A DNA stretch of 63,873 nt, the filler included, from Hyphochytrium catenoides (lineage: Eukaryota; Protista; Hyphochytriomycota): assembly GCA_900088475.1 (NCBI GenBank). It is 7 parts of 7 records of this genome, joined end to end, with 100 filler letters (N's around TTAATTAATTAA, not from the genome) between each part and the next. Parts side by side here need not be neighbours in the genome. Positions count along the whole stretch, not along the records: positions 17,010 to 48,427 come from FLMG01001427.1; positions 48,528 to 56,434 come from FLMG01001486.1; positions 56,535 to 58,003 come from FLMG01003512.1; positions 58,104 to 59,630 come from FLMG01002045.1; positions 59,731 to 62,577 come from FLMG01002432.1; 2 more parts are not named here. One strand, 5' to 3'. A program made the translations under genes and the position numbers. A model generated the notes under the pieces. That model saw nothing but the letters and a program-made list of their open reading frames with translations. It was not told where the DNA came from and made no database searches. Positions 47,833 to 60,727 of this stretch are shown here, piece after piece. Numbering within the stretch: position 1 is the first letter of the stretch; each line of letters begins with the position of its first letter.

Positions 47833-48804
47833 GGCAACCGCCCTTTGCTCAACAGCCAACAAAGTGGGCGGTATCACTCCACTCCACTCCCTTCCAGCTT
47901 TATGACGCTAGAATCAGGAGTTTGGTCGCATGCTATCAGCCATCGTGGGTTGCGGGGTTATTTATGCTGATGGGTTATCCTCCCTTTAGATTCCTTGAAG
48001 GTGGAAAGGCGCTCACTGGCTTACGCTCCTTCCGCCCTGTTCACGTGACGGTCTATTGCCTTTCGCCCATCCATCGAGACTTTTAAGAGGTTGTTGGTCT
48101 CTAAGTCACCTTCTTTGTCTGGGTGTCTCTGTCTCCCTCCCTCCTTATCACTCTGTGCCTCTCCTTCTCTTCCCTGGTCTCTTATCTCTCAGCCCGAGTT
48201 CTAGTTCCTCCTTCTCACCACCGCTTCGTTCTGCTGTGAGTGGTCAGCGCAGCCATGGCTTTTCTTGGGGAAGTTGTCTCTAGCTACTAGCTCTCCTGTT
48301 CCTCCTTTCCCGACTCTCGACCTCTTTCTCTTCTTGCTCTCTTCGTCGGTCTTCCGCTATTCTCCGCTCTCCCTTCTCCCCACCCTTCCCTCTTCCCTTT
48401 TCCCTCTTCTCTCTTCTCTCTTCTCTCNNNNNNNNNNNNNNNNNNNNNNNNNNNNNNNNNNNNNNNNNNNNTTAATTAATTAANNNNNNNNNNNNNNNNN
48501 NNNNNNNNNNNNNNNNNNNNNNNNNNNGAGAGAGAGAGAGGAAACGTAGAAAGATGAAGCTGGGGGAGGAGGGAGGAGCCAGAAAGGTGTGGATGTGTCT
48601 CATCTGTGCTGGTGGTGCCTTCTCTCTTCCTCGCCCGCTTTCCAAAGCAGTCTCTCCTTTCCGTCTGCAGTCTTCACGAGCCCTCGAAGCTAAAGATTCC
48701 GTCCCCTGCTCAGCCTCTCTCTTTCTTGGGCTGTTTCTGAGAGAGGGAAAAGAGCTACCAAGAAGAGACAGTCTTCCTTCCTTTCTCTCTTTAGCTTGAC
48801 CACC

Positions 48805-48947
48805 ATGATTGGCCGTCTCTTCTCCTCTAAGCTGGGCCATGTGGCGCGCACACATCAGCCTTCAGGGCTCTTCTGCAGGTTAGTTTCTTAGTTATTGTCT
48901 CTCGCTCTTTATCTCTCCTCCTCTTCACATAACTACTCGTTCTCTCT

Positions 48948-48978
<31 letters not shown>

Positions 48979-51299
48979 GCTCTCTCTCGCTCTCTCTCGC
49001 TCTCTCTCTTTTCACCTGGGGCCAAGACTTCATTCTCTTCTTTGTTTGGCCTTCTGCAACTGGGAAGTGTCTTCCTCTTCTCTTTCTTNNNNNNNNNNNN
49101 NNNNNNNNNCTCTCTCTCTCTCTCGCTTTCTTGCTCCTCGCGCTTCTTAGGGCTCTCGCCTCCCAAGTTTCCGCCCAGAAAATTGCCGAGGAGCCGTCTC
49201 CATCATGGATGGCAAAGATGCGGAACATCGGTATCTCTGCCCACATTGACTCAGGAAAGACAACGCTGACAGAGCGCATTCTCTTCTACACTGGAAGAAT
49301 CAATGCGATCCATGACGTGAGAGGGAGAGACGGCGTAGGCGCCAAGATGGACTCCATGGACTTAGAAAGAGAGAAGGGCATCACCATCCAGTCTGCCGCT
49401 ACCTTCTGTGAGTGGAAGAACGATCACTATATCAACATTATTGACACACCAGGACACGTGGACTTTACTATCGAAGTAGAGAGAGCCTTGAGAGTGCTGG
49501 ACGGCGGCATCCTCGTTCTCTGCGGCGTCTCAGGCGTTCAGAGCCAGTCTCTCACGGTGGATAGACAGATGAAGAGATATGGCGTTCCTAGGCTTGCCTT
49601 CATTAACAAGCTAGACAGAATGGGCTCTAATCCGTGGAAGGTCGTTGAGCAAGTGCGGAAGCAGCTTAAACTCAACGCTGCGCCCGTCCAGGTTCCTATT
49701 GGTCTTGAAGAGAAGCATGAGGGCGTTGTTGACCTGGTGGCGATGAAGGCCATGTATTTCAAAGGTCCCAATGGAGAGGAGGTGCAAGTCGCTGACATCC
49801 CTGAGGATACGAAGTCGCTGGCAGAGGAGAAGAGGGCAGAGATGGTAGAGAAGCTGGCAGATGTGGACGAGGAGATTGCAGAGTTCTTCCTGATGGAAGA
49901 GGAGCCGCCTATGGACGTGCTTAAGGCCGCCATCAGACGCCAGACTATCGCCCACAAGTTCGTCCCAGTCTTTATGGGCTCAGCTTTCAAGAACAAGGGA
50001 GTTCAGCCTCTCCTCGACGGCGTTTGCGACTATCTTCCCGCACCTTCAGAGATCCAAAACTATGCCATTGACACTAGGACAGATGACGAGCAGAAGCTTC
50101 CCGTGGAGTGTGATCCTGAGGGCCCTCTCCTTGCCCTGGCTTTCAAGCTCGAGGAGAGTCGCTTTGGGCAGCTGACGTACATGAGAATATACAGAGGTAC
50201 CATCAGTAAGGGCCAGTTTATCTTCAACTCATCGAACAAGAAGAAAGTCAAGGTTCCTCGTCTTGTCAAGATGCACAGCAATGAGATGCAGGAGGTAAAC
50301 AAAGCTCAAGCTGGAGATGTCGTGGCTCTTTTCGGCGTTGACTGCGCCTCTATGGACACCTTTACGGAGGGAGACACTCATCTCAGCATCACTTCTATGC
50401 ATGTTCCTCAGCCTGTGATGTCGTTGGCCATTATGACCAAACAGGGAGGTACCTCGCCCAACTTCTCAAAGGCATTGAACCGCTTTACGAAGGAAGATCC
50501 CACCTTCAGAGTGCACATGGACCCAGAGACCAAGCAGATGGTGATCAGTGGGATGGGAGAGCTTCATTTGGAGATTTATGTGGAAAGAATGAAGAGAGAG
50601 TATAACCTTGAGGTCACGACTGGAGAGCCAAAGGTGAACTTCAGAGAGACTATCACCAAGAAAGCAGAGTTTGCCTACCTGCACAAGAAGCAGAGTGGTG
50701 GACAGGGTCAGTACGCTCGTGTCATTGGGTACGTTGAGCCTCTGGAAGACAGCTCTCAGCCTGTCGAGTTTGAGAACGCAATCATCGGTATGAACATCCC
50801 TCCTGAGTTCATTCTGGCTTGTGAGAAGGGTGTGAGGGACGCGGCAGAGAAGGGATCATATACTGGAAACCCGATGCAAGGGTTCCGTGTGGTTCTTACA
50901 GACGGACAAACACACGAGGTTGACTCTTCAGAGCTGGCTTTCAGATCTGCCATGATTGGCGCCATCAGAGAGGCGTCGCAAAAGGCAGGACAGACGTTGC
51001 TGGAGCCTCTTATGGCGGTCGAGGTTGAGTGCCCAGTAGAGTACCAGGGCAGCGTCATTGGCTCCGTTAACAAGCGAAAGGGCTTGGTGCAGAGCTCGGA
51101 GAGCGACGACATGACCTGCGTCATTCGATGCGATGTCCCTCTGGCTAATATGTTTGGCTTCTCTACGGAGTTGAGGTCTCAGACGCAAGGCAAGGGAGAG
51201 TTCTCTATGGAGTACAAGGAGCATGCTGAGGTGCCAAGAGACGTGAGGGAGAAGCTGGCAGCTGAGTACAGAGCCTTGAGAGAGAAAGGACAGGCCTAG
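48805..51299 (+). CDS. GFM1: Mitochondrial translation elongation factor G1 (nuclear encoded), 2 exons, ~740 aa
   Basis: Exon 1 48805-48878 (caccATG; presequence-like [25 protein letters not shown]), then a phase-2 intron spanning the small gap, then exon 2 49151-51299. Motifs [67 protein letters not shown]. Confidence 0.96.
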
Positions 51300-52797
51300 G
51301 CATATTTCTCAAATTTCTCTTTGGAGGAGGAAGTATAGGTGTGGCCTAGCCGGTGATGAATAAGTGTATAAAGATAGCTCTCACATGTTCAACTTCTCCT
51401 CCTGTCCTCAGCCCGCCTGCTCCCCTCACGTACATGCGCCTTCTCCCTTGCAGACCACAACGCTCTCTCTCTCCCTCTCTCATGCATGCACTCTCTCTCT
51501 TTCTCTCGCTGTCCACTTCGCTAGAATTGTAAACGAAGGTTGATGGAGCGCCGGGCAAGCAAAAGCAGACATAGACCTAGTTCTTAGGCTGTGAGAAGAG
51601 GACCACCAGTCTTTTCTTTACGTAAGAGCAAGAGGCGAAGGTGGAAGGGTCAGGTCTCATAGTTGCGACCACGAATGGAGGCAGCTTATTCTGTTCCTTA
51701 TGGACACTTAGAAAAACTTAAAGACTACCGACTCAACGACGATTGTGGAAGAGCCTTTCCTAGGTCGGACTGAAGAAAGCAGCCACTAAATGGTTAGATT
51801 GGAGTGCAGCCACCACGTTATCCCGAACGGCTGACGCCAACGGTATGTGTACTATGGCTCCCTACACCTGTTCCTAGAGACACTCCCAGGCCCAAGCAGG
51901 TTTTCTCATGGGACTAGGCAGTTCTTTGGCCAGGTCCATACTGTCAAGGACTCCCCAAAAGCTCTTGAAATACAATTTCTACCAAGAACCTAGCTTTGAG
52001 AGGTTCTCTCTGGCAGAACTTTAGGCTCGGCCCATTCCCGATTAAGGCTCCCTTGAAGCTGGGCTACACAATCTTCATCTCCCCAGTCTGCGGCTCACTA
52101 CAGATATATACTATCTAGGACCTCGCCACAAGCTCTAACCGAACTATCTAACATAATAAACCTAAAGGTACACCTCGAAAGGCTCTCGCTGGGAACACTT
52201 GGAGCTCTGCCCACTTGCCGACAAAGCTTTCCTTGAGGCCGGGCAGCCCCAGTCAGCGCTCTTGTCGTCAGGCTCACAGAGATCCAAAGAACCAAAAAAG
52301 TCTCTTGAAGCTTCACAGCCTGTGATAAATGAAGCTTATCCTTCCGATGATCAGAGATAAATCAATAATCAAGTTACTAATTATAACCTTTATTTGGTAA
52401 TCATTGCTTTGATGTAATTGGCCATATCGCACATGCAATGATCCCCTATGTTCTACTATACAAGTCAATAACGTTAAATCGGAGTTTTCTTCAATGTCGC
52501 TACCCAGTCTTATTGAATACCCGTGAGGCATACTTATAGCTTTCTATAAGTTTACTCGGGCAAATACTCTTACCAAGGGTATTGCACTTACATGGGGACT
52601 GGCCTGGTTCTCTCAGCGGCGCTGCTCGGGAAGCCAGGGATTTTATTGGGAACTGGCGATTTATTGGGAACCTCGAGGAAATCTGCGTCTCTGTCGAAGC
52701 TTCAGCTCCAAATCTACAGATCTCTAGAAGAGAGGCTCACTTTCAAGACCTGAAGATCAGCTTCTTTCTTAGATCCCATCGGAATAGAATTGGAAGA

Positions 52798-53451
52798 ATG
52801 ACCGCTGCAGGAAAAGCTGTTCGTTGGTGGAAGATGCCCTTCTGGCAGTATGTCAAGTGGCAGATTCGGCAGCCTGAGACTGCTCCTTTCCTCGTTTTCG
52901 GCAACCTGTACGTCTTCCAATGCTTTGTCAATCTGCCCGGTTTAGAACCTCCACCGTAGTCATTAGTTGAAATGCTCTTAGCTATTGATTTGACATGAAG
53001 TTCTCAAATTACTCTCGCTTTTCTGCCTCTGTTTCTACAATGTAAACGCTGCATGCTATTACGTCTATAACACGCTTCTCTCGACCTCTGTAGGGGAGTC
53101 CTTTCTCTCGCCGCATTCGTTCACTTCAAGACTAGCGGTAAGTGAAGGCAAAAGTTCTTAATCAGCTTTTCAATGGCGCTTTTCCCACTGGCATTAGCGG
53201 CTACATACATGCTTCCTCAAATCTCATGGGCTCCACCTGTTGAGGGATCCTTCTTGGTTGTGTGCTCTTACTTTCGTTGCATTGTGATAACACTTACGCT
53301 TTGGAATAGCTATCATCTCTCGTTCTTTAAGAGCCTCTTGGCGTGTCTCTTACCTCTGCTGCTCTTGGTCTCTTTTGCAGAGGAGGACAAGCTGAAGTCA
53401 AAGTACTACAGCAAGTACATTCTGGGCAACCAGAACCAGGGCGGCCACTAA
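52798..53451 (+). CDS. Likely mitochondrial ATP synthase small subunit i/j (6.8PL / plant 6-kDa-like), 74 aa, 3 exons
   Basis: Exons 52798-52907, 53094-53137 and 53381-53451 are phase-consistent. Protein MTAAGKAVRWWKMPFWQYVKWQIRQPETAPFLVFGNLGVLSLAAFVHFKTSEEDKLKSKYYSKY... has one TM and the PFL...(T/S)EEDxKxSK(F/Y) pattern I recall from plant 6-kDa subunits. Confidence 0.65.
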
Positions 53452-53973
53452 GGGCAAGGGCTTGGCCCCCTAGCACTTCTGACAGAGATTCAGAGATCAG
53501 AAAGGGACAGCACGTCTTCTCCATCTCAGTCTCGTTCTATCGTCACTGTATGTAGGGGTGCACTGCCGTCACGCGGGACAGCCTTCCACTGTGTGTGATG
53601 CAGCCAGGATTAGGGAGAATACGTGCTGTTTATTCGTCTAACAAGCACGGCGGAAGGGAGATGAGAGAGAGAGAGAGTATTTGAAGATGAAGATGCAAAG
53701 CTATCGCTCGCTTTGTGGCAATAAATAGTGAAACAGTGACCTACGGTGCTCTCAGTGGCTAGCCTTCTCTTCAGCTCTCTGTCTTAACCTTGGCCGTCTA
53801 GACTGCACTACCTACTGAGGAGTCTATTCCTTTCCCTTTTTGATGGTGTCTAGACGATGTGGCTGCCCTGTATAAGGCTCTGCAGCCTCTCCGAACTGCC
53901 GCTCTCCGTCAACAACTTTCGCGTCCGCTCGGGAGGGACGCCAGACGCCTATGTGTGTCACCAATGATAAGCA

Positions 53974-55424
53974 TCAGTTGCCAAAGACAACGCTGTCTTT
54001 TTGAAGGCTCACCTTGAACTGCTGTCCCGCCTCGGCGAGATCCGCGAGTCTACTTGAGCTTCCGGAGAGAGACTGGCCGGGTTTGGAGACGGGGACTGGC
54101 AGACGTCCTGTGTAGCAAGAGACCAAGCGGAACTGAGCGGGCATACTTTCTTCCTCTATCAGGTCTCCTGTCTCCCCTCTGACAGCTTGAATTAGACTTG
54201 CGGTTCTCACCTTCTGCCGCCCGAGCCGCCTTCTCCCGCTTCTGGGCCCTGTCGTCCACAGTTACCTCGCCTGTGAGGGAGCCAAGCTTGTTTCCTGTGC
54301 CGGTGAACTGCCCGAGGAAGACGAGAAAGCACCATTATCGAGTAAACGAAAGAGTTAGACAAGGACTAATGGTATGGACGGTGATTGTGTGCATATGAGA
54401 GGGAGGGAGAGAGAGAGAGAGAGAAAGAAAGAAGTTAGAGTGAGAGAGGGAGAGAGGCATGGCGAGGGGGGAAAAGTGAGCAAAGGCAAGAGACCTTCCA
54501 GGAAAAGAGAGAGGAAAGAGCAAAACAGAGTGAAACAGTGTTCTTCGAGGCTTACTGGCTCTACGTAGGGCTCTATCGACTCCTGCTCCTGAGATGGACG
54601 GGAGGCACTGGAGCTGCGTGGGCCATATACTCTAACGCTGCGTGGCTCTGTTGAAGCCAAAGAGAGATGGAGAGAGAAGGAGAGAGAGAGAAGAAGAGAG
54701 AGGGAGAGAGAAGAAGAGAGAGAGAGAGGAGGAGGAGAGAACAGACTTAGAGGCAAAGGAGAGAGCTGGGCAAGAGCAAAAGGACACAGAAACTTGGAAA
54801 ACATTGACGAGGAAGAGATGCCTGCCGACGAAAGCACGGGGTCTCGCTTTTCCTCTCTCTCTCTGTCTCGCTCGCTTCTCTCCTTATGTTACTTACGGCT
54901 GTCAGCGGTCTCCAGAGTGCCCAAAGGAGGTTCCTGGGTGGGGAGGAGGGAGCCAGCTGCGACAGTGTAATAAATAAAGCCCTGGCATCTCAGCGCAGGA
55001 GCACAGAAACAGACAAGAGATTGACAGCCCATGGAGGCAAGGACGAACGGGAGAGAGAGAGAGAGAGACAGAGCGCAGGAAAGGACCAAGACAGTTAGAG
55101 ACACCTATTGCGCCTGTTTCAATGGCTCTTTTCCCTTTTCTTTCTCTCGCTCTTTCTCAAGTGGGCCTTATGTTCGCCTGGCTTGGTCTCGCTCTCTCTT
55201 TCCTCACCCTTTTACTTTCTTACTGATCTCTCTCCATCCTCTTCTCTCTTCTTGTGCTCTCTCTCAGAGCCCAGAGGCCTCCGTCTCTCCCTTCTTCTCT
55301 GCCATACCGGCTGTGACTTGAGCCACCCCAGACACGTGTTCTCGATATAGCCAATTGTTCCCCAAGAAGGAAAGACAAAGCGCAGATAGCCATAAGCAAC
55401 TAGAGTGACGAAGAATGAGGAAAC

Positions 55425-55485
<61 letters not shown>

Positions 55486-55739
55486 GAGAGAGATAAAGCA
55501 AGACGAGGGAAAGAGAGAGTTGATTAACAGGTTAGAATGAGCATAGGCTGGACGAAGCACGAGTATCATGCGAGCGAGGGAGAGAGAGAAAGATACACAA
55601 GAGCGAAAGAGGAGGGTGAAGAAGGAGCAAACAGGCAAGAGAGAAGAGAGAGAGAGGAGGAAAAGGAGAAAAGGGAGCACAAGGACGACAGTAAAATAAA
55701 CTCCAAGCTATTATATAGTTTGGTGGATCATGAAGAGAG

Positions 55740-55771
<32 letters not shown>

Positions 55772-56050
55772 GAGAGAATGGGAAAGAGACAGAGAGAGAA
55801 GGAGAGGGATAGAGGAGAAGAGAGAGAGAGAGTTGTCTGTTTGAACCCGAAAACGGCTCCTTCACTTACAAAAGTATCCTACCGCTGTAGCCACGATGAG
55901 AGCGAAGCGGATGCCAAAGAAGAGAGAGAAGAGCAGCGTCAGGAGAAAAGGATAATACTCCGACTTCACGTGGAAGGGAAGAGGCCACAATCTTCTCTTC
56001 GTGTCTGGCGCTAGACAGCACTCCACCACGGTGATGGCCAAGATTATCCC
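53974..56050 (-). CDS. Rhomboid-like/Derlin-like ERAD membrane protein, 3' part only (5' end not found in this contig), with SHP box and VIM
   Basis: Exons give GIILAITVVEC...RRLWPLPFHVKSEYYPFLLTLLFSLFFG...AVGYF|FAYGYL...IENTCLGWL|GFIYY...|FTGTGNKLG (SHP box)...REKAARAAE|GRL (VIM, R-x5-AA-x2-R). Confidence 0.68.
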
Positions 56051-56535
56051 CTGGAAAACCAAGAGGGGGTGAGAGAATGAACGACGAAGAGAGAGAGAGA
56101 GACATAGCTGGCAGTGATGGTGAGAGGATGAGGGTAGATATCAAGAGAGACCAAGAAAGAGAGAGAACCAAAAGTAGTCAGCCAGACTCACAGAAAAGAA
56201 AGAAGAAGAGGAGAAGAAAGAAAGACGGCGTGGAAGAGAGAAAGGGAAATAGACAGAAAAAGGGAGTGGAGAAGAGACTGAGGGCGAACTTGAAAGAACA
56301 CAAAAAGGCGGAGTTGACCACTGAGCGGCGAAAGGATAACAATGCCCCAGCCCCACTCTCAAATGAAGAGATGGATAGAGAGAGAGAGAGAGAGAGAAAG
56401 AAGAGGAGAGAGAGAGAGAGAGGTGAGAGAGAGANNNNNNNNNNNNNNNNNNNNNNNNNNNNNNNNNNNNNNNNNNNNTTAATTAATTAANNNNNNNNNN
56501 NNNNNNNNNNNNNNNNNNNNNNNNNNNNNNNNNNA

Positions 56536-57969
56536 ATTGGTGATGGGATTGCGCGAGTATATGGTTTAAAAAAAGTACAAGCGGGTGAAATGGTTGAATT
56601 TGCAAATGGAATTAAAGGAATGGCTTTAAATTTAGAACCAGATAATGTTGGGGTTGTTGTTTTTGGAAATGATCGAGATGTTGTAGAAGGTGCAATTGTT
56701 AGAAGAACTGCTTCTATCGTAGATATTAATGTTGGTACAGAAATGTTAGGTCGTATTGTAAATGCATTAGGGGAATCTATTGATGGTTTAGGAAAAATCG
56801 TAACATCAAAAAAGCAACGTGTAGAGGTAAAAGCACCTGGTATTATGCCAAGACAAAGTGTTTCTGAACCAATGCAAACAGGCCTAAAAGCAGTTGATAG
56901 TTTAATTCCAATTGGTCGCGGACAACGTGAATTAATTATTGGTGATCGCCAAACGGGTAAAACAGCAATTGCTATTGATACTATTTTAAATCAAGTAAAT
57001 ATACATGCATCTAATGATGAAAATAACAAATTGTATTGTGTTTATGTTGGAGTAGGTCAAAAACGTTCAACAATTGCAGATATTGCAAGAACATTAACAA
57101 AAACAAATTCATTTAAATTTACATGTATTGTTGCAGCAACAGCTTCAGATTCAGCGCCATTACAATTTTTAGCGCCATATTCAGGATGTGCTATTGGAGA
57201 ATATTTTAGAGATAATAAAAAACATGCTGTAATTTTTTATGATGATTTATCAAAACAAGCTGTTGCGTACCGTCAAATGTCATTGTTATTAAGACGTCCA
57301 CCGGGTCGTGAAGCTTACCCCGGTGATGTTTTTTATTTACACTCTCGTTTATTAGAAAGAGCTGCTAAAATGAGTCAAAAAATGGGAGGTGGTTCTTTAA
57401 CAGCATTACCAATTATTGAAACACAAGCTGGTGACGTTTCAGCTTATATTCCAACAAATGTAATTTCTATTACAGATGGTCAAATTTTTTTAGAAACAGA
57501 ATTATTTAATCAAGGACAAAGACCAGCAATTAGTGTAGGATTATCAGTAAGTCGCGTTGGATCTAAAGCACAAATAAAAGCAATGAAACAAGTTGCTGGA
57601 AGCATGAAACTAGAATTAGCGCAATTTCGAGAAGTACAAGCTTTTGCACAATTTGGTTCTGATTTAGATCCAACAACACAACAACAATTAAATCGTGGAT
57701 CTCGTTTAACAGAAATGTTAAAACAAAATATTAATGCTCCATTGCCAGTTGAAGATCAAATTATTATCATTTTTGCAGGTGTTTATGGTTTTTTAGATCG
57801 TATTGAAATTAATGCCATTTCAGAATTTGAAGTTTCATGGTTAAATTATATTAAGTCAAATCATTCAAATCTTTTAAAAACAATAAGAGAAAAAAAAGTA
57901 TTAAATGTATCAGAAATTGATTTTTTAAAAGATCTTTGTGATAAATATGTGAATCAGTTTAAAAAATAG
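56536..57969 (+). CDS. atp1: F1 ATP synthase alpha subunit, mitochondrial-type, 5'-truncated; occupies its own AT-rich contig
   Basis: The frame is open from the contig edge ([10 protein letters not shown]). Motifs [70 protein letters not shown]. Strongly A/T-ending codons and no introns, unlike the nuclear genes. Confidence 0.96.
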   Translation: MGDGIARVYGLKKVQAGEMVEFANGIKGMALNLEPDNVGVVVFGNDRDVVEGAIVRRTASIVDINVGTEMLGRIVNALGESIDGLGKIVTSKKQRVEVKAPGIMPRQSVSEPMQTGLKAVDSLIPIGRGQRELIIGDRQTGKTAIAIDTILNQVNIHASNDENNKLYCVYVGVGQKRSTIADIARTLTKTNSFKFTCIVAATASDSAPLQFLAPYSGCAIGEYFRDNKKHAVIFYDDLSKQAVAYRQMSLLLRRPPGREAYPGDVFYLHSRLLERAAKMSQKMGGGSLTALPIIETQAGDVSAYIPTNVISITDGQIFLETELFNQGQRPAISVGLSVSRVGSKAQIKAMKQVAGSMKLELAQFREVQAFAQFGSDLDPTTQQQLNRGSRLTEMLKQNINAPLPVEDQIIIIFAGVYGFLDRIEINAISEFEVSWLNYIKSNHSNLLKTIREKKVLNVSEIDFLKDLCDKYVNQFKK

Positions 57970-59730
57970 AATTTGGTAAAAGGTTAAATAGCTTTTTCTA
58001 TCCNNNNNNNNNNNNNNNNNNNNNNNNNNNNNNNNNNNNNNNNNNNNTTAATTAATTAANNNNNNNNNNNNNNNNNNNNNNNNNNNNNNNNNNNNNNNNN
58101 NNNCCATCTCTCAACAATCTCCTCTCTTCCACTTCTCGCTTCCAGGAGCATCGATCCTTATTCACCATTTCTTACCTTATTTTAGCTGCGTCTATCACCG
58201 CCGCTGCGAGAGCTGCTGCCATGAACAAGGAGAGTGGAGCTCAGGGTGGTCAAGAGGAGGGAGAAGATGGAGCCCGACGATCAGTGGAGGACAACAATCG
58301 CAGCGCTCGACCCAGGAAGGGACGGTTCTCATCATCTCTCGCCCTATTCTCAGAGGAGGAGGAGCCAAGGCCTAGAAGAAGGTCTGCAAGGCATGAGAGC
58401 GGTGAAGAGTAAGTGTGACCAGGACCCAGGACTGGGCCGTCGCAATAGGTGAGAGTAACCCACTCATTGTCTTCTATCTAGGGCTCAGCAGCAGGATAGC
58501 AAGGCAGCGAACCGAGCCGGAAGGCTCTTCCGCGGACTGACGGGACTCACCGCCAGCAGACAGAAGAGAGAACAAGAGGCCGCTGCTCCATCTCTCTCGT
58601 TAGCAACTCCAGGAGGTAAGATCCAGGCCCTGTCCTTCTGTGTGGATGTTGCTGACATAGAGAGCGAGATAGATAGATAGATAGATAGAAAGAGAGAGCG
58701 CGAGACATTCTTGCCTTAATGAGCGCTGGTTGTTTGTCGCGTTTATTGGACTGATTGATCTTTCTTGGACCCATTTCACAGGGGCAGAGAGGGAGGAACA
58801 TGCACCACCGTCAAGACGGCTTGGTGTCAGCTCCTTGGACAACTATCGAGCTCGAAAGGGAGTCCAGACAGCTTAGGCGCTGGAGGATAGAGGTAGGAAG
58901 GGGACGAGAAGAGAGAAGAAGAAGGAGGCCTCCAGGCACGCCGAGAAAGAGGGTGCGGGCGGGGGAGATGGGAAAGAGATGCTGGAGAAGAGGAGAGAGT
59001 TGCCATGGTGCATGCACCTAAGGACTTCCTCTTCTTGCTCGTCCACTCCCCTCGTCATCCTTCTTCTTACTTCTTTCTAGGAAGAAACAGCATCCTTCTT
59101 TCCCTGGACAGAGAAGAAATGCGATGGAGACAGAGGAAGCAGATCAAAGGACTATATCTATAGAACTATAAGTGTCTTTATTATCTAGAGGAGAAAGAGA
59201 TAGTTTGTCTTAGCGTTTATTACTCTTGCATAGTCGTCTTTAAAATGTACCTGCATGTCTCCTCATCACCAGCTTCTCTTCTTCTGCTGCGGAGGATCTC
59301 GTGGTGGAAAGGAAGGGAAGAGGCAGCAGGGCAAGGAGGAGGCGAGGAAGATGGAGAAGAGAGAGAGAAGGCAGGAAAAGAACTGCGCAGCCAAACCAGA
59401 GAGAAAGAGAGAGAGAGAGAGTTCGCTGAGGTCAAAATTACTGCTGGTTCGTGTGATAAGAAGGCGAGGCGGAGAGTTTATTGGACGAGGGAAGAGGGGC
59501 AGTACGCTGCTGTCTTCCAGACAACAGAGGACGCTTTGATCCTGGCGATCTTCTTCCTGACAAACGCAACAAGCTGATGGCCTTAAGTTCGTCGAGGAGG
59601 CCATGTCTCTCTCCTTTCTCTCTCTCTCTCNNNNNNNNNNNNNNNNNNNNNNNNNNNNNNNNNNNNNNNNNNNNTTAATTAATTAANNNNNNNNNNNNNN
59701 NNNNNNNNNNNNNNNNNNNNNNNNNNNNNN

Positions 59731-60401
59731 ATAAAAGGCGGTGTCTCAAAGTTCTTGAAGCCTCTCATTTCGATCACCTTGTCAATCTTCACATCCTTGA
59801 CATTAACAATGGCCTTGACGTCTGCACTGCCCTTCATCACCCAGTTGAACTTGTCTGCTGTCAGCAAGTAGGCGTTGAATTGTGCCAATGCGTCAGCAGA
59901 GACGACCTTAGCGGTAGAGGTCAGCGTCGCAGCCTCCTTGTTCTTCTTCGCCTTGAAAGACTCGGAGTCCACAAGCTTCGCCAGCAGAACGTTCTCACCG
60001 TTCTCCTTCTCCCAGATGAGCTCAAGATTGTCGTTCATAGAGACCGTAGCATCCACAGGGCCAGATTTGGTCATCTTCTGCAGCGCCGTGGTCTTGAACT
60101 CTGTCTCTCCAGGGTTGATAATCGTCGCGGTGACTATCTCAATGCCAGAGCTGTCTACCAAGTGCTTGACCATCGCGGGGATGATAGCGAGGAAGAGAAC
60201 CAGGAGGATGACGAGAAGAGTGAGAAGAGAGACAACGCCGCAGATGAGATAACTGCGCTGTCTTCTCTTCTTGTCTTGGCTCTTGAAGCCCCAGCAATCG
60301 CCCTTGCGGCCTTTCCCGGCGTCCTTTCCTGCCTCATAGTCAGTCTTTGGATCGTCCATGATAGAGTTATACTTTTGAGAATCCTCGTTGTTCCGAGCCA
60401 T
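59731..60401 (-). CDS. Type II membrane protein, DUF3712/LEA2-like, 3'-truncated at the contig end
   Basis: Basic N-tail, single TM (LICGVVSLLTLLVILLVLFLAIIP), then IVTATIINP, FNAYLLTADKFNWVMKG, and VKIDKVIEMRGFKNF, typical of DUF3712-like repeats. Confidence 0.7.
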
Positions 60402-60678
60402 TGTCTCTGTCTTGGCAGCCCTAGGAGTCCGCTGTTTCTCTCTTGCTGCTGCTTGCTTGAGAGGAGGAAGGTTGAGAAGTGAAGATTGAGGGAGAGAGTG
60501 TTACTTGTGATCTTCTCTCTTTCAACGGTTTACCCTCTGTCGCTTCTTGTCTCTCTCTACTACAATCTCTCGCTCTCGAAGCTGCTGAGTGCTATTGGAG
60601 GTCAAGCAAGGTTCTTAGGCACAGATAATGAGTACAAGCTCTCTACGGTGATAGGTAGGACGAGGAGGAGAGGGGAAG

Positions 60679-60727
<49 letters not shown>

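Noticed and set aside
48805-57969. Mitochondrial gene cluster (EF-G1, ATP synthase subunit, atp1)
   Set aside because: atp1 is on a separate contig joined by an artificial spacer, so the adjacency is not real.
58104-59630. Possible low-complexity multi-exon gene fragment
   Set aside because: Splice-like sites are present, but I could not establish a recognisable motif or a unique consistent frame.
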